A DNA stretch of 64,000 nt from Ylistrum balloti (Eukaryota), in assembly GCF_031769215.1 (NCBI RefSeq), contig NW_026781945.1:1240001-1304000 (forward strand), in the 5' to 3' direction. How positions within the stretch are numbered: position 1 is the stretch's first letter; every line of letters starts with the position of its first letter. A program made the position numbers and the translations under genes. A model generated the notes under the pieces. That model was not told the DNA's origin, searched no databases, and saw only the letters and a list, made by a program, of their open reading frames with translations. Positions 38,701 to 49,010 of the stretch are shown in pieces.

Positions 38701-38978
38701 AAAGTACAAAGGGTGTTTATCTTATCTGTCTAGAAAGCAGGCTGATATTATATTCAAAATGATATTATATGGCATGTTTAATGATATGTGTCGAAAGTAT
38801 GAAGTGTGAAGAGGTAAGGAAAAAGTTGGGTTGGTTTAGAGAGTATAGAATGTGAAATGCCGAAATAATAAAAGTTGAATGTGTAATAGATGTAGAATAT
38901 GCTGCCTGAATTAATGTAGGGAACCAATAATTGAAAATTACATGTAGTTCTAAAGATCAATGTGAAGAGAAAGTACTA

Positions 38979-39242
38979 GAGACTGAAGAGTGTTGTAAAA
39001 ATAAAAAAATACAGGTGAGCTAATGTTTAAATATACAAGGCCCTGTACAGAATTTAACCTGTGAGGAGACTGAATAGTGTTGTAAAAATTAAAAAATACA
39101 GGTGAGCTTATATGTTTAAATGTACAAGGCCCTGTACAGAAATTAACCTGTGAGGAGACTGAATAGTGTTGTAAAAATAAAAAAATACAGGTGAGCTAAT
39201 ATGTTTAAATGTACAAGGCCCTGTACAGAATTTAACCTGTGA
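38979..39242. repeat. ~88-bp tandem repeat, 3 copies
   Basis: gactgaatagtgttgtaaaaa...acaggtgagct...aaggccctgtacagaatttaacctgtga at about 38981, 39068 and 39157. Confidence 0.9.
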
Positions 39243-39586
39243 TGTTAAAACAACAAACTGTAAATATCTCAATTGTTAATTTTCTTATAAAATTCAATAC
39301 GATAAAAATAAAGTTATAAATAATGTTAAACATCAATGTTGTTGTTTTTCTCTCCTGTGTTTAAACACAGTGGTCATGTGACAGACTCTCCAACAGAAAG
39401 TTGTCATAGGATGGGCTCTCTAACAGCTAGTTACAGACACACTGCTTTAACAGATACGAACATGCCATTAGGAAGTTCACATAAAGTGAATATTTATAGC
39501 ATAGCTGAACAAGTTTGGAAAAAAGGGAAATAATTCATTATCACCTACTATTCAGGAACATTCATTAAAAATAATCATGTATTTGG

Positions 39587-40022
39587 AAAATTATTGACGT
39601 AGATAATACCAGCAGTTGTTTTGGAAGCTTAAAATTATTGACGTAGATAATACCAGCAGTTGTTTTGGAAGCTTAAAATTATTGACGTAGATAATACCAG
39701 CAGTTGTTTTGGAAGCTTAAAATTATTGACGTAGATAATACCAGCAGTTGTTTTGGAAACTTAAAATTATTGACGTAGATAATACCAGCAGTTGTTTTGG
39801 AAGCTTAAAATTATTGACGTAGATAATACCAGCAGTTGTTTTGGAAACTTAAAATTATTGACGTAGATAATACCAGCAGTTGTTTTGGAAACTTAAAATT
39901 ATTGACGTAGATAATACCAGCAGTTGTTTTGGAAGCTTAAAATTATTGACGTAGATAATACCAGCAGTTGTTTTGGAAACTTAAACTTATTGACGTAGAT
40001 AATACCAGCAGTTGTTTTGGAA
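39587..40022. repeat. 44-bp tandem minisatellite, 10 copies
   Basis: Unit aaattattgacgtagataataccagcagttgttttggaa(g/a)ctta with period 44 (39591 ... 39987). Confidence 0.96.
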
Positions 40023-40837
40023 GGCAGCAATCCTTGTTTCTGATTGCCAGACTTCTGGATCGCTCTATTTTCCTGTAGATGCCAGACAGGGATTTGGACA
40101 ACTGTATTCACCTTACAAACCCAGATTCTGTCTGTTTCAGGGTAACATCACAATTTATTTAGACCTATGAAAGGAGTTTTGACCATTCAGTAAGCAGATT
40201 AAACTTTATATTGTATATGACAATAGTAGTTGTCCTCCATTCTATACCAGGTTTTGATCAGACTGGTTCCTCTATAAAGCAGGAACTACTTATCACCTGT
40301 GTATTTGCTCTGTTAATCATTTTACTGGCATTGTGTCTGACATTCATTGTATACTTTCTGTGCTATTCGGGTTAAAATCACAACTCATTTTACTGACCTT
40401 GTGAATCTGATCTAAACTTAACACAGAATTTCCTTAATGCCTGCCGAAGAGGGACAGACACCCGGACAGTTTTCAAAACAGATATTAATGGTAGTTTGAA
40501 GATGAGCAGTTAGACTGATTCTTGGTGCATACTATGGCGGGGAGAGGGAATATTGTATTTATTGTATAGATTTAAAATGATGTCTACCATACCTGGATCT
40601 AGGCTCCTAGTGATGTGTTAAATCTGACATGTTATTTACCTGTTATCGACGGAGAACAACAAACTTTGACCTTGAACAAATTTGCATATTAATATATCCT
40701 TTATAATCGTAGCTTTGAGTTTTGAATTCCTATGTGTATGTTGTAAGCGTGACCTTCACATCTTCCAATTATTATTTTTAGATTCTTTCGTGTGTAAGGT
40801 TTCTCGCATGGTAATAGATACATTTTTATTCTTTCAG

Positions 40838-41400
40838 ATCCAGAGCCTAGTGATAGCAGTAACATGCCAAGATTCATAAGACAAGTTACCTCTGGCAAAC
40901 GTCCACTGATTTCTGAAACTTTTGGCCTCCCTCCTGAACTATTACAGTCATTCATAATTCCAAAGCAAAATTCACAAGGACGATTACAAAGTCAAAGTTC
41001 TGACATTTCACAAACAAGGTTTCAAGGTCAAAGTTCAAATATGACAACAGTCCCAACAGTTATGTCTGACTCCATGCTTCGACACCATGAAAATATAGTT
41101 TTACCTGACCCCAACTTGAATATAAGTCAAGGCCTTTCCTCTGCATATAGAGGTCAACATGATTATGGACAGCACAAGCTTGTGTATATAGCAGACAAGA
41201 AGTACAAGCCATGTGTGGTGTGTGTACTTAACAAGGTGAAAAGCCCTAAAGGGTGGTATATTTACTCTTATTACAAATGTGAGGTGTGTGATGTACCTCT
41301 ATGTCGTAGTAAGCGGGACTGTTTCCATCAGTACCATCAGTATATGTCTACTATGGATACAAGTGAACTGCAGTTGAATTTTCCTTCCCATACAGGCTAA
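40838..41400 (+). CDS. V17: piggyBac-type CRD terminal exon
   Basis: Phase-1 acceptor catttttattctttcag|at. HKLVYIADKKYKPCVVC..KSPKGWYIYSYYKCEVCDVPLC..CFHQYH. Confidence 0.9.
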
Positions 41401-43507
41401 TGGCCATTCCGTAGAGTCTGCAATGAAAGTGTGAATGTTTTGTCCTCTTTTAGTGTGAAGTTTTATACACACATTCCACCTTGAAACTGATTTCATTAAA
41501 GTTCTATAGGAGTTTTCTCCCCAAAAAAGTCTAAATCCTGAATTCTTCATGTAAGTATAGTGCAAGATTCTTCCTAAGACAGGTGAAAGTCTGTTGTCAC
41601 TTAGGTTTGTAAAAGTCTGATGTCATTGAAGTGTTTCTAGAGTGTAAAACCTAGTTTCATGAAGTATGGTGCAGGTTTTCTCCTCATACTGGAGTAAAGG
41701 TTACTTTTCAATACAGTTTAGGGGCTCATGACATATGAAAGTTCCATAAAGTTGTGTGTAGAGACTGATGTCTTTGAGGTATTTGATTAACCTCATTGAT
41801 GAAGCATTTCTGGTATCATTGCCTTGATTGGTATTTTGTATATAAAGTTACCTAGCCATAAATATTTGTAGGATATTCTTGTCAAAACAACCCTCAATTT
41901 CTGTAAATTAATAAATATTTGTAGAATATTCTTATTAAAACAACCCTCAATTTCTTTGCCTATTATAATCAATAACTGGTACATCATGTTAGAAGCAAGA
42001 TAAAAAGTATTGCTTATCCTTTCATCAATGTTTTACGCGGAAAGCAAAGTGAAAGTTTTCATGGAATTACGGTACAGCAGAAAAAGATAGATGATTCCTT
42101 ACCATCTTATATACTTCATTTTTTTAAGTGCTAGTAAGCTTCACATTGGTCATTTGTCTTATAAAGATGGCAGTGTAGTCATGGGAGTATCTCCTACTGG
42201 CTGTGAGAATTTAAGAACTTCTATTCTAAAAATAAAAGATGTAGGTTTGAGCCGTCCTTACATTGATCTGTAAATCTTGGAGTAAAGTCACCTCCAATTA
42301 CTACGCTGCATTGTGTTCCAATGTGGCATAGTTTTACTATAGGTTCTAAATTTTATATTGATCTTGAATTGATATTTAAAGTTACAAACAAACAGAAATG
42401 GCATTAAAAATAATTATTCTAAAGTGTGGTATTTATTCTGTATACCATACTGGTTTTTATAGCTCATCTTCCCAAAGAACAAGTGAATTTATGCCATGAT
42501 GCTGTGTTCATTGTCAATCCATCATTAATAGACAACCACTTCTCAAAAACCAAGAGGCCCTAGCTCATAATATTGGGCCTGTACCATGCTAAGATGAAAG
42601 GGTACTCATTTTGCTAAATTGAATGACCTTGACCCATTTTCAAGACCACAAGGATCAATTGTGCTGAAATCCTTAAACATCATCTCAGTAAGAAAGAGAG
42701 ATCATGATACCTAGGTATCTTAGCCTGCAACATGTGTATTGTTTAGAAGTGGTTTGATGTTTGAAGTGAACATGAAAGGTAACAGGATAAAATCTCGGTA
42801 TCATGCCATCTTGTTTTGAGACTGTAATGTAGGTTTGGGGTTCAGGCCCTTAAGGCTGTTTGTTTTATTGCAGACAGATATGTAGGGAAATGTCATTTAG
42901 TCTAAAGGAAGCAATGAATAATATGCATTAAATCCTGCAGTAGAGTGCATTTGAGTTCTCTCTTTTTCAGTGTGATATTTAGATAAACCAAACATCGCCG
43001 TTACAACATATTGTGACATTTGTAGGTTTGTAAATATTTGTAAAAATGTTGAAATTCAGTATCTGAATATTGAAATGTTATGATTTCTATTAAAAATAAA
43101 AACGGTTGCAGTGAAATCAATAATCGTCTGTTGTCTTTATTAATATCAACACACCTATATAAAGTTTGAAGGAAAATATGAAACCTGCTGTATTTGGACC
43201 CCACGCTTATCAGGACTATCATCTTCCATTGTTTACAAGTAGAGCTCTATAACCACTCAATCCTCTTTGTCCTTACACTGCAGGTTTGAAGAGAACTGCT
43301 TCTGAATGGCATCCATGTGTGCATTGAATTACTACTGTCAATTTTACAAGAAGTGTCTTTAGAAGTTGAGAAGTAAAGATTGAATTATTTTAAAAACCAC
43401 CCTCAGTCTTAGAGAGATTTCAAGAAGATCTAGTGAATTGTGGTATGTTACATATCCTTTGGTACAGACTTTTGAGTTGTAACAAAAGCATTCTTTTTTG
43501 CTTTCAG

Positions 43508-44118
43508 ACCCACAAACATCTGCTGGCAGTAAAGCTCAATGGTTATCTAATGCGATGAGGCAGGATGCAGTTCCTTTTAAGGGTACGGCCCACCAAGGGT
43601 CGTCATTAGGCTCTACCAAGGCCCTGCCTGGTTTGGGATCCTTTTTGAAAGGTCCTGGATATAGTAAACATGGTCTGTCTCAAAGTCAGCTAGTCTCAGC
43701 TATGATTCATGGTTCCCTGTCGGGACACCAGACAGCTTTATTGACAGGAAGTGTATCTGAACCTAGTGCTCCCAATCTACAGCCTGGACAACAGGGAGCT
43801 TGGTTACAGCAGCAAGGTGAAGGTCAAGGTCATGGTGAATCTCACAACACTGGTCCTTATAGTGATCATAAGCTGGTGTACACCATTGACAAGAAATATA
43901 AACCTTGTGTCTTTTGTCAGATCAACAAGAAAAAGACAAAATCAGGATGGTATGCCTACTCGTACTATAAATGTGATGTGTGTGACATACCATTGTGTAA
44001 GGGCAGTCGTGACTGTTTCAACCAGTATCACAAATTCCTTGTTATCAACAAAGATTATGGTGGCGTCAATATTCCTAAATCGAGGCTCGACTCGTACCAA
44101 AATTCTCTAAATCAATGA
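43508..44118 (+). CDS. V18: piggyBac-type CRD terminal exon (sister of V17)
   Basis: Phase-1 acceptor ttcttttttgctttcag|ac. HKLVYTIDKKYKPCVFC..KTKSGWYAYSYYKCDVCDIPLC..CFNQYH. Confidence 0.9.
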
Positions 44119-44609
44119 ACACCCTTATTTTGAGATGTTACAATACCTACTAGAGTTGCTGGCTTTTCCCACAAAAAGTATTCAAATGAGTACTGAATTA
44201 GCTGTTCTGAATTAGACCTTTTCTTTGTTTCTGGAAAGAAATTCCTTTTGTGTGCAACTGATGAAGAAGAACTTGTTTGATAAAGACAAAATGTACAATA
44301 TACAATACCTGGTGGAGTGATGCTAAAAAGAAATAGTGTTTTTTTACCAATTAGTTCCATCCTTTTTTTTACATGAAGAGCATGTGTCTTGCCTAATAAA
44401 GTAACTGGCTTTCCTACAGAAGAATTATTTTGATTTCTGAACATTTTCAAAGAAAATTGTTGTAAAACATGTATACATGTACAAATATTCCATATCAAAA
44501 GCCTTACTTGGATTCACTGATTAATTGTTGCCTTATATTGATATTTCTAGCCTTACATGGGTAGAATATTGGTTGATGTGTAGGAACAGAAACATTGTCA
44601 ATTATTTTA

Positions 44610-44915
44610 TGGTGATCTGTGTGACCAGGACTGAACAAAAGCATGCTGCAATCTGTGGTGGTCTGTATGACCAGGACTGAACAAAAGCATGCTGCAATCT
44701 GTGGTGGTCCGTATGACCAGGACTGAACAAGAGTATGCTGCGGTCTATGTTGATCCATTTGACCAGGACTGAACAAGAGTATGGTGCGGTCAATGGTGAT
44801 TTGTATGACCAGGGCTGAACAAAAGTATGCTGCGGACTGTGGTGATCTGTATGACCAGAGCTGAACAAGAGTATGCTGCAGTCTGTGGTGGTCCGCATAA
44901 CCAGGGCTGAACAAA
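44610..44915. repeat. 46-bp tandem repeat, about 6-7 copies
   Basis: Unit tgaccaggactgaacaaaagcatgctgcaatctgtggtggtctgta at 44622, 44668 and onward. Confidence 0.92.
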
Positions 44916-45389
44916 AGAGTATGGCTGAATCTGTTATGATATTTGAAACTACTATAAACATGTAGAAGATTAAAACTTATTGATGAATGTTCTGTAATGT
45001 CTTCCTTGATGACATGTGAAGAGGTTGGATATTTTCCTGTAATACACCAACAATAACCAGGGTTTCCTCCTCCCTTCTTTTCTTGTAAACCACACAATGC
45101 TCTTGATGTTCAAGACAGTTTTTAACAAGTTGTGAATATTTAGGCAATCCAAAGAATTAAAAATTCCAGGTTGTAAAATGATTTTTTTTGTTTCTTCTTT
45201 TTTGGTCTCCAACAAAAAAACTAAATTGAAGTCAAAACTGTCTTCTAATTTGCCTATAGAACACCAGAACACCTGCCAGACTTAACGCACACAGATCAGA
45301 CCTGCCAATGTTTTTGTCAATGGAGATGCACCCTTATCACATCCATGAGATTTTTTTGCCAGGCTGAATTCGTAGATACACACTAATCA

Positions 45390-45940
45390 CATCTACTGAG
45401 GGTTTTGCCAGACTTTCGATGTAATTGCACACTGACCACACCTGCTAATGTTTTTGCCAGACCTTTGATGTAGATGTATACTGACCACACCTGACAATGT
45501 TTTTGCCAGACTTTCGATGTAGTTGCACACTGACCACACCTGCCAATGTTTTTGCCAGACTTTCGATGTAGTTGCACACTGACCACACCTGCTAATGTTT
45601 TTGCCAGACTTACGATGTGGTTCACACTGACCACACCTGCTAATGTTTTTGCCAGACTTTCGATGTAGTTGCACACTGACCACACCTGCTAATGTTTTTG
45701 CCAGACTTTCAATGTAGATATATGCTGACCACACCTGCCAATGTTTTTGCCAGACTTTCGATGTAGTTGCACACTGACCACACCTGCTAATGTTTTTGCC
45801 AGACTTTCGATGTAGATATATGCTGACCACACCTTCCAATGTTTTTGCCACTTTCAATGTAGATATATGCTGACCACACCTGCCAATGTTTTTGCCAGAC
45901 TTTTGATGTAGTTGTACACTTACCATACCTGCAAAGGTGT
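45390..45940. repeat. 49-bp tandem repeat, about 11 copies
   Basis: Unit ccacacctgc(c/t)aatgtttttgccagactttcgatgtagttgcacactga with period 49 (45436, 45485, 45534 ...). Confidence 0.95.
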
Positions 45941-46006
45941 TCACTTTATCACTGATGGAGTAATGATGATGTTACTAAACTCTTACAATACTCACCTCTT
46001 TCATAG

Positions 46007-46153
46007 GGCCCCTGTACCCAGCCAAAGGGTGGGGCCGCAGAGGGCGAAGAGAGGACAACTTTACTGACATTACCATTGTACTACTGGACCAGCCCAATCT
46101 GACAGAGGTGCCCAAAATCACCACTCTGAGAGAGCTGGAAGCCAGAGGCTTGG
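46007..46153 (+). CDS. V19a: first exon of a two-exon variable cassette (not in the ORF track)
   Basis: Phase-1 acceptor ctcacctctttcatag|gg. Translation GPLYPAKGWGRRGRREDNFTDITIVLLDQPNLTEVPKITTLRELEARGL. Phase-1 donor G|gtaatt. Length 147 nt is divisible by 3. Confidence 0.72.
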
Positions 46154-46199
46154 GTAATTGATTTCATGTGTACTGAATATCTGTCTATCATTTGATGTT

Positions 46200-46449
46200 A
46201 AGTATCTTAGTTTCCATCTGCGAACAATCTGTGAACATTGATGTAAAATACTTGGTGTTGTTAAGGTTAGTTTCCATCTGCGAGCAATCTGTGAACATTA
46301 ATGTGAAATAACTGGCGTTGTTAAGGTTAGATTCCATCTGCGAGCAATCTGTGAACATTAATGTGAAATAACTGGCCTTGTTAAGGTTAGTTTCCATCTG
46401 CGAGCAATCTGTGAACATTAATGTGAAATAACTGGCATTGTTAAGGTAG
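46200..46449. repeat. 60-bp tandem repeat, about 4 copies, inside the V19 intron
   Basis: ttaaggttagtttccatctgcgagcaatctgtgaacattaatgtgaaataactggc at 46261, 46321 and 46381. Confidence 0.95.
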
Positions 46450-46562
46450 ACTTCTAGGTTACCGGTACCGTTACACCTCTAATTCAAGATTTCTCACCTT
46501 GTCTGTGGATATCAGGTTACAGATTTTTGTTTTACCCGTGACCTGAATGGTTTGTCTTATAG

Positions 46563-46789
46563 GTGAAAGGTCGTTAAAGGTTATGAGGAACATGACATTG
46601 GAAGGGATAAAATCCTTGATTGTACAGACATTTCCAATGCTTCGGGCTGGGGAGTTCACCCTGTGGAAGTCCGAACAAAACAGGAAGCTAAAAGGTCCGC
46701 TGGTATGCCCTGATGTGCAATCACTCAAATGTATAATAAAGAAAGGCAAAGTCTTCATCTTACCAAACAGACGTATTGTTCTGCTTTGA
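46563..46789 (+). CDS. V19b: terminal exon of the two-exon cassette, putative ubiquitin-like/beta-grasp domain
   Basis: Phase-1 acceptor tggtttgtcttatag|gt gives GERSLKVMRNMTLEGIKSLIVQTFPMLRAGEFTLWKSEQNRKLKGPLVCPDVQSLKCIIKKGKVFILPNRRIVLL*. The sequence is globular with an alternating beta/alpha pattern. The fold call is inference. Confidence 0.7.
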
Positions 46790-47163
46790 GATCGTGTGGA
46801 AATGAGTTGACCAGCATATCTTCAGCACTTTTACCAATCAGATTGGCAGTATCAATCACAGCACAGTATCACAGCCGCTACACTTATCTATATACGAACT
46901 GAGACAGCCCTATTCTTGGCCCTTGTTATTCTGTCATGTCTTTTCATTATGTTGGAATTCCCTTTTCATTTTAACATTTTTATCTTCCTAATATTTTGAA
47001 GATTCTGTTTTTGGAACAGGTGCTTTGTCATGGTCAGTGAACCCCTTCACTTCTAAAGACGTTATGATATAGATCATTTGTTAATAATGTAAAGATATCT
47101 GATAAAATTGTCAAAATTTTGAAATACCCGAGTAGTGATACAAGTATTTCTTTATGATTTCAG

Positions 47164-47933
47164 AGCCTATACCAAAACATAGAAGTGTAACACAGCAGAA
47201 TGGCGAGAAACAGAATCTCAAACTTCCTCAGATGGCTCCTGTAGTAGCTTCCTCCAAAGCCCCCACCACTGTAACTTCCTCATCTAGGCAACAGGTGTAT
47301 CCTGAGTTTGAAGGGGCAGACCCTGCCCTATTAGCTCTTGGCATTACTGATAGCTGTATTACCCCAGGAGAGGTGTATATAGACATAGGGGGAGAGAACC
47401 AGGATGATGTTGTCATCACTGGTAACACTCCTGGTGTCTCAAGTGTTCAGCAACATAAACAACACAATTGGGGTGCATCCCCACGAACGGGTAAAGCTCG
47501 GGGCAGGTCTCCACGGCCCCTACTGGGTTCTACCCAGGGGCATGCCACTTCCTGGGATCAGGTTGCTATGTCAAGAGATTCACAGGTTGTCCCAGTAGAA
47601 CTGCACAGAGCTCATTCATATCAGGACGCTTTCCCAGATGAGCCAGGCACTGGAGAACGAAGTCCTCGCAGTGTTGGTGCCATGTTAAATCACAGGGCAA
47701 TACACACACCCATGATGAAGAATAAGCCTTGCGCCTATTGTTTGATGAAACAGGTGAGAACTAAATCAGGCTGGTATGTATACACCACCTACAAATGTGA
47801 GGTGTGTGATGTGCCACTGTGTACTGGACAGAGAAACTGCTTTGCACTCTACCACATGGACAACAAACTACCTGGTCAAGTTATCAACACCAGAGCAGAC
47901 AGCAACAATGTATTGTCAACTTTACAATCGTAG
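47164..47933 (+). CDS. V20: piggyBac-type CRD terminal exon with long N-terminal linker
   Basis: Phase-1 acceptor gtatttctttatgatttcag|ag. HRAIHTPMMKNKPCAYC..RTKSGWYVYTTYKCEVCDVPLC..CFALYH. Confidence 0.9.
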
Positions 47934-48097
47934 TGTAACAACATTCTAGTCCAGTGGATGATGTCTCAGTCATAACAATAGACATTCTAGTCATACAGTT
48001 GGCAATAAGGATTTGTGTCAACTGAAGGAGGCAGTCATAATATAAAACTATCCATTCAGTGACTGATTGGAGGGCAATATTTTGACATCATAAATGT

Positions 48098-49010
48098 AAC
48101 TAAAAGCTATCCAGTTAAGTGGTCAGTAACTAACTGGAGGGTACAAATCAACATCACAATAACCACTAAAGACTATCCAGTCATGACTAAAAACTATCCA
48201 GTTAAGGGATCAGTAACTAACTGGAGGGTACAAATCAACATCACAATAACCACTAAAAACTATCCAGTTAAGGGATCAGTGACTAGCTGGAGGGTACAAA
48301 TCAACATCACAATAACCACTAAAAACTATCCAGTTAAGGGATCAGTAACTAACTGGAGGGTACAAATCAACATCACAATAACCACTAAAAACTATCCAGT
48401 TAAGGGATCAGTGACTAGCTGGAGGGTACAAATCAACATCACAATAACCACTAAAAACTATCCAGTTAAGGGATCAGTAACTAACTGGAGGGTACAAATC
48501 AACATCACAATAACCACTAAAAACTATCCAGTTAAGGGATCAGTGACTAGCTGGAGGGTACAAATCAACATCACAATAACCACTAAAGACTATCCAGTCA
48601 TGTGGTCATTGACTGACTGGAGGGTACAAATCAACATCACAATAACCACTAAAAACTATCCAGTCATGTGGTCAGTGACAGACTGGAGGGTACAAATCAA
48701 CATCACAATAACCACTAAAAACTATCCAGCTAAGTGATCAGTAACTAAGTGGAGGGTACAAATCAACATCACAATAACCACTAAAAACTATCCAGTTAAG
48801 TGGTCAGTAACTAACTGGAGGGTACAAATCAACATCACAATAACCACTAAAGACTATCTAGTTAAGTGGTCAGTGACTGACTGGAGGGTACAAATCAACA
48901 TCACAATAACCACTAAAAACTATCCAGCTAAGTGATCAGTGACTAACTGGAGGGTACAAATCAACATCACAATAGCCACTAAAGACTATCTAGTTAAGTG
49001 GTCAGTGACT
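48098..49010. repeat. 66-bp tandem minisatellite, about 13 copies plus decayed flanks (to about 48040 and 49200)
   Basis: Unit actaaaaactatccagttaagggatcagtaactaactggagggtacaaatcaacatcacaataacc. The overlying ORF has a 22-aa period. Confidence 0.96.

Noticed and set aside
39336-39533. 65-aa plus-strand ORF
   Set aside because: Its best acceptor (aaacacag|) is phase 2 and it has no domain features.
42011-42030. gcttatcctttcat resembling the array acceptor motif
   Set aside because: It has no AG, and no domain remnant follows.
22133-47933. CRD exons as intact piggyBac transposons
   Set aside because: No DDD transposase core, TIRs or TTAA-bounded termini are visible. Each is a short exon with an in-phase acceptor.
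17836-47933. Variable ORFs as independent single-exon genes using the ORF-track starts
   Set aside because: Many of the listed starts are GTG/TTG or lie in polypyrimidine tracts upstream of the AG. The consistent phase-1 acceptors explain them better.
48183-48737. 184-aa ORF, and similar ORFs at 45393-45944, 44504-45097, 58943-59227, 60352-61007, 29986-30441 and 32470-32749
   Set aside because: They are translations of tandem repeats whose period matches the DNA unit, with no splice or domain support.
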